Shown here one piece after another: positions 28,938 through 39,076 of a stretch of DNA of 64,000 nt (position 1 is its first letter; every line of letters starts with the position of its first letter). The position numbers were made by a program, and so were the translations under genes. The notes beneath the pieces are model-generated. The model had not been told where the DNA came from and made no database searches. It was given only the letters and a program-made list of their open reading frames with translations. This DNA comes from Candidatus Omnitrophota bacterium (GTDB lineage: Bacteria; Omnitrophota; Gorgyraeia; Zapsychrales; Zapsychraceae), in contig JADFYJ010000011.1 in NCBI GenBank assembly GCA_015233115.1, positions 17,824 through 81,823 on the forward strand, given 5' to 3'.

Positions 28938-30242
28938 ATGGCAAATAATGATTTAATGGATAAAATTGTTTCCCTGTGCAAACGGCGGGGATTTATATTT
29001 CAGTCTTCAGAAATTTACGGCGGTTTAGCCAATTCATGGGACTATGGTCCACTTGGCGCGGAACTCAAACGTAATGTCAAAGACGCGTGGTGGAAAGCTG
29101 TGGTCCATAACCGGGAGGACGTGGTTGGCTTGGACTCTGGCATTATCATGCACCCTAAGATTTGGGATGCGTCTGGTCATACTCAGAACTTTAATGATGT
29201 CCTGGTTGACTGTCGCAAATGTAAAGGTCGTTTCCGGGTTGATCATATTAAGGGAAAGTGTCCTAATTGTGGGTCGCATGATTTTACAGAAGGACGCGCT
29301 TTTAATTTGATGTTCAAAACTCAATTGGGTCCGGTCGACGATGGGTCTAATACTGCTTATCTCCGTCCTGAAACTGCGCAAGGGATCTTTGTTAATTTTA
29401 TTAACGTTGTAGATGCCACTCACCGAAAATTACCTTTTGGAATTGCCCAGATCGGAAAATCTTTCCGCAATGAAGTCACTGCCGGTAATTTTACTTTCCG
29501 GATGCGTGAATTTGAACAAATGGAAATTGAATATTTTACCGATCCCGAAAAAGCTGATGAATGTTTTGCGAATTGGATTAAGGAACGATTTCAGTGGTAT
29601 GTAGATTTAGGAATGAAAAAAGAAAATTTGCGTTTAAGGCCGCATGGTGCTGATGAATTAGCGCATTATGCGAAAGGCTGTCAGGATGTGGAATACTTAT
29701 TTCCTTTTGGCTGGTCTGAGATTGAAGGCATTGCGCATCGCGGAGATTTTGATTTGAAACAACACACTCAATTTTCCGGGCAAGATTTGCAATTTCATGA
29801 TCAGGTAAATAACCGTAGATTTTTCCCATATGTCATCGAACCCTCCGGCGGTGTAGATCGAGGGTTATTGGCCTTTTTGGTCGACGCGTATCATGAAGAA
29901 CAGGTGAAAGAGGATACCCGGGTCGTTTTAAAATTAAGCCGGGCTCTGGCGCCTATTAAAGTCGCGTTTTTACCATTGTTAAAGAAAAACGGCGATATTG
30001 TGGCTTTAGCTAAAAAACTGAAAAAAGATCTTCAAAATCATTTTATGTGCGTGTACGATGATTCTGCGGCCATTGGAAAATTATATAGAAGACAGGATGA
30101 AGTCGGGACATTATACTGCGTAACTGTCGACGTGCAGTCATTGGAAGATCATCAGGTCACTGTGCGTGACCGCGATACCATGCAACAGGAGCGGATCAGC
30201 TTGGATTCGCTGAAAGATTATTTATTAAAAAAAATTTTGTAA
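28938..30242 (+). CDS. glyQS: Glycine--tRNA ligase, alpha2 (eukaryote-like) type
   Basis: CKRRGFIFQSSEIYGG, YLRPETAQGIF, FRMREFEQMEIE, IGKLYRRQDEVGT. Confidence 0.96.
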   Translation: MANNDLMDKIVSLCKRRGFIFQSSEIYGGLANSWDYGPLGAELKRNVKDAWWKAVVHNREDVVGLDSGIIMHPKIWDASGHTQNFNDVLVDCRKCKGRFRVDHIKGKCPNCGSHDFTEGRAFNLMFKTQLGPVDDGSNTAYLRPETAQGIFVNFINVVDATHRKLPFGIAQIGKSFRNEVTAGNFTFRMREFEQMEIEYFTDPEKADECFANWIKERFQWYVDLGMKKENLRLRPHGADELAHYAKGCQDVEYLFPFGWSEIEGIAHRGDFDLKQHTQFSGQDLQFHDQVNNRRFFPYVIEPSGGVDRGLLAFLVDAYHEEQVKEDTRVVLKLSRALAPIKVAFLPLLKKNGDIVALAKKLKKDLQNHFMCVYDDSAAIGKLYRRQDEVGTLYCVTVDVQSLEDHQVTVRDRDTMQQERISLDSLKDYLLKKIL

Positions 30243-30278
30243 ATGAACGTCTAAAAGCAAAATCGTTTTTTATAAAAA

Positions 30279-30315
30279 TCAATAACCATGAACCAAAAAC
30301 CAAAAACCATCAACC
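30279..30315. repeat. Solo AACCAAA/AACCATC heptamer arm
   Basis: tcaataaccatgaaccaaaaaccaaaaaccatcaacc. Confidence 0.65.
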
Positions 30316-30349
30316 AACAAAAATTATTTTATAACAGAAAGAGGGTTTT

Positions 30350-33028
30350 ATGAAGTACGTGTATTATTTTGGGGGCGGCACTGCTGAAGGCCGCGGAGAC
30401 ATGAAAGAACTTCTCGGCGGAAAAGGCGCTAATCTGGCGGATATGTCCTCGATTGGTATTCCGGTTCCTCCTGGTTTTACCATTTCCACAGAAGTTTGCG
30501 GTTATTATTATACTCACGGCAATGTTAAGCCGCCAGAGTTGGCTCAGCAGATTGAAGAGAACATCACCAAGCTGGAACATGAGCTTGGTAAAAAATTCGG
30601 CGATAAAGAAAATCCGCTTTTAGTTTCCGTCCGCAGCGGCGCTGCTGTTTCCATGCCGGGTATGATGGATACAGTTTTAAATTTAGGGATTAATGATGAT
30701 GTCGTTATCGGTTTGATTGCTAAAACCGGAAATGAACGTATGGCGTGGGATTCATACCGCCGTTTCATTAATATGTTCGGTGATGTGTGTATGGGCGTTC
30801 ATCATGATCATTTCGAAGAAGCGATGACTAAGATTAAAAATAAGTATAAGAGGAAGGTTGATACAGATTTAACCGTGGCTGAATTAAAAGAAGTGGTGGC
30901 CGCTTATAAGCAAGTTTATAAAAAGAACGTAGGGAGTGAGTTCCCAACTGACGCCCGCGTCCAATTGGAACATTCTATTAATGCTGTCATCAATTCCTGG
31001 AATTCTGACCGCGCGATTGCTTACCGTCAAATTAATAAAGTCCAAGAATTAAAAGGGACAGCCGTCAACGTTCAAGCGATGGTATTCGGAAACATGGGTG
31101 AAACATCCGGGACTGGTGTAGCCTTTACCCGCAACCCTGCCGATGGTACCAATGAATTTTACGGTGAATATTTAATCAATGCGCAAGGCGAAGACGTGGT
31201 CGCAGGTATCCGTACTCCGCTACCAATCTCTGCGTTGAAAAAAGAAATGCCGGCTATTTATGACCAATTAAATGAGATCCGCCTCAAGTTAGAACGTCAT
31301 TACAAAGATATGCAGGATGTAGAGTTTACTATTCAAGAAGGTAAATTGTACATGTTGCAAACCCGTAATGGTAAACGTACTGGTTTAGCTGCGGTAAAAG
31401 TGGCTGTAGATTTAGTTAACGAAGGTATGATCGACGAGAAAACTGCCATCAAACGTATCGACGGCAATCATTTGAACCAATTACTTTTCCCGATTTTCGA
31501 TTTGAAAGCGAAAGCCGCCGCGGTAGCCGCTAAGAAGACTTTAGCTAAAGGTCTTCCTGCTGGTCCGGGAGCTGCTTCAGGCCATGTGGTTTTCTCAGCT
31601 GAAGATGCTGTGAAATGGGCGAAAAAAGGTAAAAAAGTCATTTTAGTCCGCCGCGAAACTTCTCCGGAAGACGTAAGCGGTATGTGGGCAGCAGTCGCGA
31701 TTTTAACATCTACCGGAGGTATGACTTCTCACGCGGCTGTCGTGGCTCGCGGTTGGGGAAAATGCTGCGTAGTAGGCTGTAGTGCTTTGGATATTGATTA
31801 CAAAAAAAGGTTAATGAAAGTCGGAAACAAGACCGTCAAAGAAGGCGATTATATTTCTATTGAGGGCGCTACCGGCGAAATTATTTTGGGAGATATTAAA
31901 ACTGCCGAATCCCCGGTTATTTCCGGCGTGGTCAAAGGAAATAAAGCCGCTTTAAAACATCCGATTTGTCAGATGTTCATGGCTGTGATGGCTTGGTCAG
32001 ATAAATTCCGTCAAATTGGTGTTCGTACGAACGCGGATACTCCGAATGATGCGATTATCGCCCGTGCTTTAGGCGCGCAAGGTATTGGACTTTGTCGTAC
32101 AGAACATATGTTCTTTGAAGGCGACCGTATTTGGGCTAAACGCGAAATGATTCTCGCGGATAACGTGGCTGATCGTGAAAAAGCTTTGAAGAAGTTATTA
32201 CCTTTACAGCGTAAGGATTTCGAAGGTATATTCAAGGCCATGGACGGATATGCAGTAACTATTCGTTTATTAGATCCGCCATTACATGAGTTCTTACCTC
32301 ACGATGCTAAAGGCCAGGCGGAAATGGCAAAACGTTTAAAGACGACTGTCGCTAATGTTAAAGCTAAAGTTGACAGCTTACATGAGATGAACCCGATGTT
32401 AGGTCATCGCGGCTGCCGTTTATCGATTACTTATCCGGAAATTTGCACCATGCAAACTACGGCTATTATCGAAGCAGCTTGTAATATGTCCGCTAAAGGC
32501 GTGAAAGTTTATCCGGAAATTATGGTTCCTTTGATTGGAACTAAAGAAGAGTTTGATATTCTCGATGTTTTGATCCGTAAAACCGCCGAAGAAATTATGG
32601 CTAAAAAAGGTCAAAAAATCGCTTATAAAGTTGGAACCATGATTGAAATTCCTCGCGCAGCTTTGATTGCTGATAAAGTGGCTCAAACCGCGGAATTTTT
32701 CTCATTTGGAACCAATGATTTAACTCAAATGACTTTCGGTTACAGCCGTGACGATATCGCGACTTTCTTACCGGATTATTTGAATAAGAAAATTCTGAGA
32801 GACGATCCTTTCGCGACGATTGACCAGGTCGGTGTTGGTCAATTAGTTAAGATGGGTGTTGAACGCGGCCGCTCTACAAAGCCAGATTTAAAATGCGGCG
32901 TATGCGGCGAGCATGGCGGCGATCAAGAATCAGTCAAATTTTTTGCCAAGGCTGGTTTGAACTACGTGAGCTGTTCACCGTTCCGTGTTCCGATTGCCCG
33001 TTTAGCTGGCGCGCAGGCAGCAATATAA
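30350..33028 (+). CDS. ppdK: Pyruvate, phosphate dikinase
   Basis: LLGGKGANLA, SVRSGA, GGMTSHAAVVARG, GLCRTEHMF, SFGTNDLTQ, CGEHGGD. Confidence 0.98.
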   Translation: MKYVYYFGGGTAEGRGDMKELLGGKGANLADMSSIGIPVPPGFTISTEVCGYYYTHGNVKPPELAQQIEENITKLEHELGKKFGDKENPLLVSVRSGAAVSMPGMMDTVLNLGINDDVVIGLIAKTGNERMAWDSYRRFINMFGDVCMGVHHDHFEEAMTKIKNKYKRKVDTDLTVAELKEVVAAYKQVYKKNVGSEFPTDARVQLEHSINAVINSWNSDRAIAYRQINKVQELKGTAVNVQAMVFGNMGETSGTGVAFTRNPADGTNEFYGEYLINAQGEDVVAGIRTPLPISALKKEMPAIYDQLNEIRLKLERHYKDMQDVEFTIQEGKLYMLQTRNGKRTGLAAVKVAVDLVNEGMIDEKTAIKRIDGNHLNQLLFPIFDLKAKAAAVAAKKTLAKGLPAGPGAASGHVVFSAEDAVKWAKKGKKVILVRRETSPEDVSGMWAAVAILTSTGGMTSHAAVVARGWGKCCVVGCSALDIDYKKRLMKVGNKTVKEGDYISIEGATGEIILGDIKTAESPVISGVVKGNKAALKHPICQMFMAVMAWSDKFRQIGVRTNADTPNDAIIARALGAQGIGLCRTEHMFFEGDRIWAKREMILADNVADREKALKKLLPLQRKDFEGIFKAMDGYAVTIRLLDPPLHEFLPHDAKGQAEMAKRLKTTVANVKAKVDSLHEMNPMLGHRGCRLSITYPEICTMQTTAIIEAACNMSAKGVKVYPEIMVPLIGTKEEFDILDVLIRKTAEEIMAKKGQKIAYKVGTMIEIPRAALIADKVAQTAEFFSFGTNDLTQMTFGYSRDDIATFLPDYLNKKILRDDPFATIDQVGVGQLVKMGVERGRSTKPDLKCGVCGEHGGDQESVKFFAKAGLNYVSCSPFRVPIARLAGAQAAI

Positions 33029-33034
33029 AAAAAC

Positions 33035-33349
33035 GTAACAGTATGACAGTGTAACAATGTGACAGTGAAAAAGCGGTTGATGGGAAAACGATTGATGTAA
33101 AGAAAAGCGAATGATAAAAAAGACTTTTGGTAAAAAATCTTTTAAACAATGACCAAAAGTTTAAATATTTGAATATTTACTGGTGATCATTTTTAATTCG
33201 AAATTTGTTTTTTGTCAGCCATTTTTTCACTGTTTCATTGTTGCCTGTTCATTTATTTTTTTGTTAACCAATGTTTGTCATTTGTGTTTTACCTGTTGTT
33301 TTTTTGTTTTTTGCATTGTCACATTGTTCCACTGTTACATTGTCACATT
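33035..33349. repeat. Inverted GTAACAAT/GTGACAGT octamer arrays (33035-33067 / 33314-33349)
   Basis: gtaacagtatgacagtgtaacaatgtgacagtg ... cattgtcacattgttccactgttacattgtcacatt. Confidence 0.8.
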
Positions 33350-33366
33350 TACTTTTAGGATAAATA

Positions 33367-34182
33367 ATGGATCCCGTAAAAGCTTACCTTAAAGATGTTC
33401 GTCCCATACAGCTCTTAACTGCAGAGCAGGAGATTGAACTATCTAATCGGGTGCATAAGGGTGATCAAGAAGCCCGGAATATTATGATCCGGGCTAATTT
33501 GCGTTTGGTCATCAGCATTGCCAAGCGTTATATTAATTTGGGTGTTCCGTTAAGTGATTTGATTGAGGAAGGCAACATCGGCCTCATGAAAAGCGTAGAG
33601 AAATTTGATCCTGCTAGAGGATATCGTTTTTCGACTTATGCGGCATGGTGGATTAAACAAGGCATATCCCGGGGCATCATTGATCAAGGAAAGATGATTC
33701 GCGTTCCGGTTTATATGAATGAAGAAATCCTCAAGTATAAAAAAGCTATCGAAAAATTAACTCATAAGTTGAAACGAGAGCCCTCTCAAGCGGAAATTGC
33801 CAAAAAATTAAAAATTTCAGTTGATCGGGTTCGTGAATTAGATATGTCTATTGCTAAAATGTCCAGTTTGGACGCGCCAATCGGAGAAGATGGTGAAGGG
33901 CAAGTTATTGATATTATTGAAGATGAGAATGTAGCTGCTCCAGATGAAGAATTAGAAACATTTTTGAATAAAGAGCGAACCGTTGAGTTTTTAGAGACTT
34001 TAACTGATCGGGAAAAGAAAATTTTAGATTTGCGGTTTGGTTTAACTGACGGTGAGCAGAGAACTTTGGCGGAAATCGCGAAAATTATGGGAGTTTCCCG
34101 TGAGCGGGTACGCCAGATTGAGGCCGCGACTCTGAAAAAAATTAAAGGAATTGTCGAAGATCAGCGGAAAGAAGAAGAATAG
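33367..34182 (+). CDS. RNA polymerase sigma-70 factor, RpoD/RpoS-like, lacking region 1.1
   Basis: ANLRLVISIAKRY, DLIEEGNIGLMK, RFSTYAAWWIKQ, SRERVRQIE. Confidence 0.92.
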   Translation: MDPVKAYLKDVRPIQLLTAEQEIELSNRVHKGDQEARNIMIRANLRLVISIAKRYINLGVPLSDLIEEGNIGLMKSVEKFDPARGYRFSTYAAWWIKQGISRGIIDQGKMIRVPVYMNEEILKYKKAIEKLTHKLKREPSQAEIAKKLKISVDRVRELDMSIAKMSSLDAPIGEDGEGQVIDIIEDENVAAPDEELETFLNKERTVEFLETLTDREKKILDLRFGLTDGEQRTLAEIAKIMGVSRERVRQIEAATLKKIKGIVEDQRKEEE

Positions 34183-34183
34183 A

Positions 34184-34299
34184 CCCTGAACCACATGGGG
34201 TTCAGGGCCATGAACCCACCGTGGTTCATGGAAAAGCGATGGTTCGACAAGTTCACCACAAGTTGGTGAGAAAAACGTAGGGGCAATCATGAATTGCCC
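34184..34299. repeat. Cluster of four different hairpin repeats
   Basis: ccctgaacc..ggttcaggg; ccatgaacc..ggttcatgg; ggttcgacaagttcacca; gtaggggcaatcatgaattgccc. Confidence 0.75.
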
Positions 34300-34331
34300 T
34301 TTTTTTGTAAATTAACACAAAGGAGTTGATT

Positions 34332-34865
34332 ATGCCAAAGAATGTGACGCAGAAGAATTTACCTTCTTATATTCGCGATATTCCGGATTTTCCTAAAAAG
34401 GGAATTATTTTTAAGGATATTACTACTCTTTTAAAGGATCAGGCTGCATTTAAAAAGGTCATTGACCTTTTAGCTAAAAAATATAAAAATACTAAAATTG
34501 ATTATGTGGTAGCGGTTGAATCGCGTGGTTTTATCTTTGGAGCGCCTTTGGCTTATAAATTGGGCGTTGGGTTTATTCCAGTCAGGAAAAAGGGCAAGCT
34601 TCCCTATAAGACTAAAAGCGTCACCTATGAGCTGGAGTACGGTTCTGATACCTTGGAAATACACGAAGATGCGGTAAAAGCCGGAGTTAGAGTGTTGTTG
34701 GTAGATGATCTTTTAGCCACAGGCGGAACGATCAAAGCCGTAGTGGACCTTCTTAAAGAACAAAAAGCCAAAGTAGTTGGACTGGCTTTCTTAGTAGAAT
34801 TAGGCTTCCTAAACGGCAGAAATAAGCTTAAAGGCCTGCCGATTGAAGCGCTGATTCGATATTAA
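34332..34865 (+). CDS. apt: Adenine phosphoribosyltransferase
   Basis: IPDFPKKGIIFKDIT, ESRGF, YELEYG, VDDLLATGGT. Confidence 0.96.
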   Translation: MPKNVTQKNLPSYIRDIPDFPKKGIIFKDITTLLKDQAAFKKVIDLLAKKYKNTKIDYVVAVESRGFIFGAPLAYKLGVGFIPVRKKGKLPYKTKSVTYELEYGSDTLEIHEDAVKAGVRVLLVDDLLATGGTIKAVVDLLKEQKAKVVGLAFLVELGFLNGRNKLKGLPIEALIRY

Positions 34866-34872
34866 AAATAAT

Positions 34873-34998
34873 AGAGTAACAGAGTAACAAAGTAACAATG
34901 TGACAGAGTGAAAAGCTTTAAAAACCAACCAAAAGCATTTTTTTGTTTTAGATTTTTGTTTTTTCTCTGTTACTTTGTTACTTTGTCACTCTGTCACT
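34873..34998. repeat. Inverted GTAACA(G/A)A octamer arrays (34873-34911 / 34965-34998)
   Basis: agagtaacagagtaacaaagtaacaatgtgacagagtga ... ctctgttactttgttactttgtcactctgtcact. Confidence 0.85.
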
Positions 34999-35007
34999 TT
35001 TTTCGTT

Positions 35008-35080
35008 GCGCCTATAGCTCATATGGATAGAGCGCGGCCCTCCTAAGGCTGATAGGGTGGTTCGAGTCCACCTAGGCGCA
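35008..35080 (+). tRNA. tRNA-Arg(CCT)
   Basis: GCGCCTA/TAGGCGC acceptor stem, anticodon arm cggcc-ctCCTaa-ggctg, GGTTCGAGTCC T-arm; CCA not encoded. Confidence 0.9.
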
Positions 35081-35396
35081 TTTTTTATCCGAATTTCATG
35101 ATAATTTAGTAAAATTTTAATATTTAGCGATTGTTCGACGTGCGGATGGGCCTTTAGGCCAACAAATTTTTAAAAAAATCTTTGACATAAATGGGCTTGT
35201 ATGTAAAAATATACCCATCTAAGAATTTACTAAACCCAGTGGTGATTTCAATCTGACAAAGAAAGGGGGGATGTTAAACTTGAATGTCAGAAATCATCGA
35301 GAAAAACTGGTTGGGAAAGTAAGTGTCTAGGCCAGTTATATATCCTAGTTTCATATAGATACATAAATTATTCATACTTTTTGGGAGGAGATTAAA

Positions 35397-36767
35397 ATGA
35401 GAAAATTTTTATTAGCTTTGGCAGTGGTTGCGGTTGCAGCTATGCCGGCATTTGCTAGCGTTCAGAATTTGAAAGTTAGCGGAAACATCGATTCATCTTA
35501 TGTTTCAAGAACAAATTTTGATTTTGGTGTTGGAAGTAACCAAGGGAATTTAAAACAAAGCTTTTTCATGACCCAAGCTGATGTTAAGTTTGACGCAGAT
35601 CTTACTGACAATGTCAGCACGACTGTTGATTTAATCAATGAAAGAGTTTGGGGACAAGATCAAACAGCAGAAAACGGACAAGTAGATGTCAATTTAGCAT
35701 ATGTCACATTACGTGAAATGCTTTATTCTCCGTTAACTGTAGTGGTTGGTCGTCAACAATTTTCTTTTGGAAACAATTTGATCGTGTCTTCAGGTGGAAC
35801 AAATATTGCAAACGATAGCGGTATCAGAAATGTGGCTAATGATCTTTCTAAGCAACATGGTTTTGATGCCATCCGCGCGATTTTGGATTATAATCCTTTA
35901 ACAATCCAAGTTTTTGCGGCTAAAATTACCAAGAATAATGCTAGCGTTACCGCTTATTCTGAAAATAATGATTTAGATAGGGATCTCTTCGGCACGGATG
36001 CAACTTATGCCTTCGGAGATAAGATGAATTCACAAGTAGAAGGTTATTTCTTTGGGTTAAATGATAAAACGGGTAATGGAAATGCAGGTTCCAAGACTAA
36101 TGGAACTTATACACCTGGTATCCGCGTGAGTATGAATCCTATTGAAAGATTGAATGTGCAAGCAGAATATGCACACCAATTCGGCACATATTCAACTGGT
36201 ACAAATGATAACAGAACTCGTAATGCTAACGCAGCACAGTTCTTAGCCAGCTATAAAATTCCAGTTTTGGAAAAGTATGCGCCTGTAGCTAAATACGCCT
36301 TTACTTATGTTTCAGGAGACGTAAATGGTACTTCAGGTTCAACAGCTAATTATTATACTGGTTGGAATGCTATGTTTGAAGATCAAGGTTACCTCAATGG
36401 ATATTCTAAAATTTACAATGCCATGTTTGGTTTGTCTAATTTAGTTATTCATGAAGTTTCATTTGAAGCAAAACCGATGCAGGATATTACTACGTCTGTC
36501 GGTTGGTCAGGATTATGGTTATCTACACCGTATGATTCTTTGGCTGGATCATTTAGAACCATGTCAGGAACTTACGCAACGTATAACATGAATCCTAATA
36601 AGTCATTTTTAGGAAATGAATTCGATGGTACCATAACCTATGCTTACACAGAAGATGTTAAGATTGGTTCTACTATCGGCATGTTCGTTCCTGGAAAAGC
36701 ATTTGCTAATGCTAACAACGATGACAATGCTGTACAAGCAATGGTTAACATGAACGTTGCTTTCTAA
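35397..36767 (+). CDS. Outer-membrane beta-barrel (alginate-export/porin-like)
   Basis: Signal peptide (AMPAFA), alternating beta-strand pattern, VVVGRQQFSFG, terminal Phe; strong RBS gggaggag. Confidence 0.75.
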   Translation: MRKFLLALAVVAVAAMPAFASVQNLKVSGNIDSSYVSRTNFDFGVGSNQGNLKQSFFMTQADVKFDADLTDNVSTTVDLINERVWGQDQTAENGQVDVNLAYVTLREMLYSPLTVVVGRQQFSFGNNLIVSSGGTNIANDSGIRNVANDLSKQHGFDAIRAILDYNPLTIQVFAAKITKNNASVTAYSENNDLDRDLFGTDATYAFGDKMNSQVEGYFFGLNDKTGNGNAGSKTNGTYTPGIRVSMNPIERLNVQAEYAHQFGTYSTGTNDNRTRNANAAQFLASYKIPVLEKYAPVAKYAFTYVSGDVNGTSGSTANYYTGWNAMFEDQGYLNGYSKIYNAMFGLSNLVIHEVSFEAKPMQDITTSVGWSGLWLSTPYDSLAGSFRTMSGTYATYNMNPNKSFLGNEFDGTITYAYTEDVKIGSTIGMFVPGKAFANANNDDNAVQAMVNMNVAF

Positions 36768-36790
36768 TTCGTTGAATTAGAATAAGTTTT

Positions 36791-36821
36791 AACCCTGTAC
36801 CGCCCTGGTACAGGGTTTTTT
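36791..36821 (+). terminator. Rho-independent terminator
   Basis: aaccctgtacc-gccct-ggtacagggtt + T run. Confidence 0.85.
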
Positions 36822-37039
36822 ATTTATCGTATATTTTTCCTCGTCCCTGCCTGCTGGTAGTCCGGAATCTTCCAAATTTTTAAAAAAATAATTCAGATTT
36901 TTATTTTCAATATAAAAGAATTTGTTATTATACTTTTAACACTTCATAAGCTCTGAGACATAAATTCTAGTTCGTGTCGCTGTTTAAAAAAGTGGGGGCT
37001 CTTGCACATTTCTTTCATTCGTAATTTTAGGAGTTATGT

Positions 37040-37630
37040 ATGGATAAAGATGAGATTTATGATCATCTGGCGCAGGTGTATTTGGGGAAGCGAAAGAATT
37101 CTGCGCAGAACAATCGTCGACAAAAACGTGAATTTGGCGCGTGGCTTTTAATAAATATTCTCATTACGGTATTGATATTTTCCGGTGTGTTTTATGGCTT
37201 GACAGCGTTTTTGGCCAACCGGGATCTTAAAAGCAATGTGGTTTATTTTTTGCATAACGGCTCGATTCGTCTGGCCTATGATTTTACTAATCCCGTCGTG
37301 CCGAGTCAGATATTCACGCTTAATGTGCGGGGGGTCGACGCCAACAAATTTGGAAGTTTAAAATTTTCGGTTCGGGCGAAAGAAGGCCGTCCGGGGATTG
37401 TAAAAGTTGTAGTGCACAACGAGCGCGGTGAAGAGGCTTACTATTACGTCCAAAGTGTCGGTGCTAAATGGCAGGAAGAAACTATTCCGTTAAGTCAGTT
37501 CCGTACCATTTCTGATTGGTCGACGCTGAAAAATGTTTCCTTTGTGCTGGAATCATGGAATGTCGACGATAAAAGAGGGTCAGTATTAATTGATAATTTA
37601 TGTTTTTCTGATGCAAATAATAATTCGTAA
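37040..37630 (+). CDS. Membrane-anchored protein with carbohydrate-binding-module-like (CBM11/CIA30-like) domain
   Basis: One TM, then LKFSVRA...WQEETIPLSQF...GSVLIDNLCF beta-sandwich pattern. Confidence 0.55.
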   Translation: MDKDEIYDHLAQVYLGKRKNSAQNNRRQKREFGAWLLINILITVLIFSGVFYGLTAFLANRDLKSNVVYFLHNGSIRLAYDFTNPVVPSQIFTLNVRGVDANKFGSLKFSVRAKEGRPGIVKVVVHNERGEEAYYYVQSVGAKWQEETIPLSQFRTISDWSTLKNVSFVLESWNVDDKRGSVLIDNLCFSDANNNS

Positions 37631-37661
37631 TTTATGATAATTCATTAATCAGGGGGGAATA

Positions 37662-38744
37662 ATGAAAATCATTTCGATAGCAAATCAAAAGGGTGGGTGT
37701 GGTAAAACGACCACAGCCATAAATCTCGCTTCAGCACTTAGTGATAACGGCAAAAAAGTTTTGCTGCTTGATCTGGATCCGCAGGCGCATGCTTCACTGG
37801 GTTTAAACATTCAAAGCCGCGACAGCATTTATAATGTCATTTCGAATTTGACGCCGCGAAAAATGGCGCTCCGCGATATTATTCAGAGTGTGGAGGGAAA
37901 GTTTGACATTGTTCCGTCAAATATTTTAGTGGGAACGCTTGAGCAAGAATTAGCGGATGAAATCGGCCGTGAGCTCAAACTCAAAGAAGTGTTGAATTCG
38001 ATCAAAGATGAATATGATTATATTTTAATTGACTGCGCACCGAGTTTAGGAATTCTGACGGTCAATTCGATCCGGGCGAGCGATGAACTCATTCTTCCTG
38101 TTGAGACCAGCCGTTTCGCGATGCAGGGTGTTGAGCATTTGACGGATATTGTCAATTTGATCAAGGAACGCCTTAATCATTCGGTGGATTGCAAAATTTT
38201 GATTACGATGTTTGATTCCCGCTTGCGTCATTCTTTCTCGATGTTGAAAATTTTCCGCGATAAATATCAGGAAATGTTGTTTGACACGATAGTTCACACG
38301 AATGTGAAATTAAAGGAATCCGCTGTGGTGGGGCAGACTGTTGTGACATTTGATAAATATTGCCGCGGGGCCAAAGATTATCAGGCACTGGCAAAAGAAA
38401 TGATTATGTTGTCAGGCCAGTCCAAAGGCCCGGAAGTGTTCTCCAGCCACATGCGCGAAGTGATCCGCCGTGAAATGCAGGATTGTTTGATGGCGAAATT
38501 TAGAGTTGAAGCGCCAGGGGCCAAGACCGTTTATTTAACCGGCAGTTTTAATGACTGGACGATTGACGAGAATTTTAGAATGCGCAAGGAAAACGGGGAA
38601 TGGGATATCCAAGTACCGTTAAAACCAGGCCGTTATAAATATCAATTCGTGGTTGATGGCGTATGGAAAGCAGATCCGATTAATGTTCAGCAGGAACGCA
38701 ATTCGTTCGGGGATGTCAATTCCGTCGTAGAAATAAATGGTTAG
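37662..38744 (+). CDS. ParA/Soj ATPase fused to C-terminal glycogen-binding (CBM48/AMPK-beta-like) domain
   Basis: NQKGGCGKTT, DLDPQ, IDCAPSLG; APGAKTVYLTGSFNDW...GRYKYQFVVDGVWKADP..N. Confidence 0.88.
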   Translation: MKIISIANQKGGCGKTTTAINLASALSDNGKKVLLLDLDPQAHASLGLNIQSRDSIYNVISNLTPRKMALRDIIQSVEGKFDIVPSNILVGTLEQELADEIGRELKLKEVLNSIKDEYDYILIDCAPSLGILTVNSIRASDELILPVETSRFAMQGVEHLTDIVNLIKERLNHSVDCKILITMFDSRLRHSFSMLKIFRDKYQEMLFDTIVHTNVKLKESAVVGQTVVTFDKYCRGAKDYQALAKEMIMLSGQSKGPEVFSSHMREVIRREMQDCLMAKFRVEAPGAKTVYLTGSFNDWTIDENFRMRKENGEWDIQVPLKPGRYKYQFVVDGVWKADPINVQQERNSFGDVNSVVEING

Positions 38745-38754
38745 GGGATGATTT

Positions 38755-39072
38755 ATGAGCCAGTTTGATGAACAGCAGATTGTTGACGGAAAAGTAATGG
38801 CTGTGCTTGCTTATTTGACCGTCTTATGTATTATTCCGTTATTGTTTCAAAAAAATAATGAGTTTGTTTTATATCATGGAAAACAGGGATTAGTCATTTT
38901 TGTCGCAGAAGTGGGAATTTTTATTCTGCATATTTTGTTAGGAGTATTGATTTTAAAGATCGGAATGTTTTTGATGCTATTGTTCTCCTTTGTAGGCATC
39001 ATCGCCGTCCTACAAGGCCGCCAGATCAATTTGCCGGTCATTTCAGAGATAGCGGAGAAGATTGTATTATAA
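38755..39072 (+). CDS. DUF4870-like small membrane protein
   Basis: AVLAYL, FVLYHGKQGL, LPVISEIA. Confidence 0.7.
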   Translation: MSQFDEQQIVDGKVMAVLAYLTVLCIIPLLFQKNNEFVLYHGKQGLVIFVAEVGIFILHILLGVLILKIGMFLMLLFSFVGIIAVLQGRQINLPVISEIAEKIVL

Positions 39073-39076
39073 AATT

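Noticed and set aside
28762-28956. ORFs 28762-28956 and 58216-58398
   Set aside because: They are translations of the 120-bp repeat without RBS or consistent start.
35008-35080. tRNA genes as prophage or island integration sites
   Set aside because: No integrase and no duplicated tRNA 3' end found in the window.
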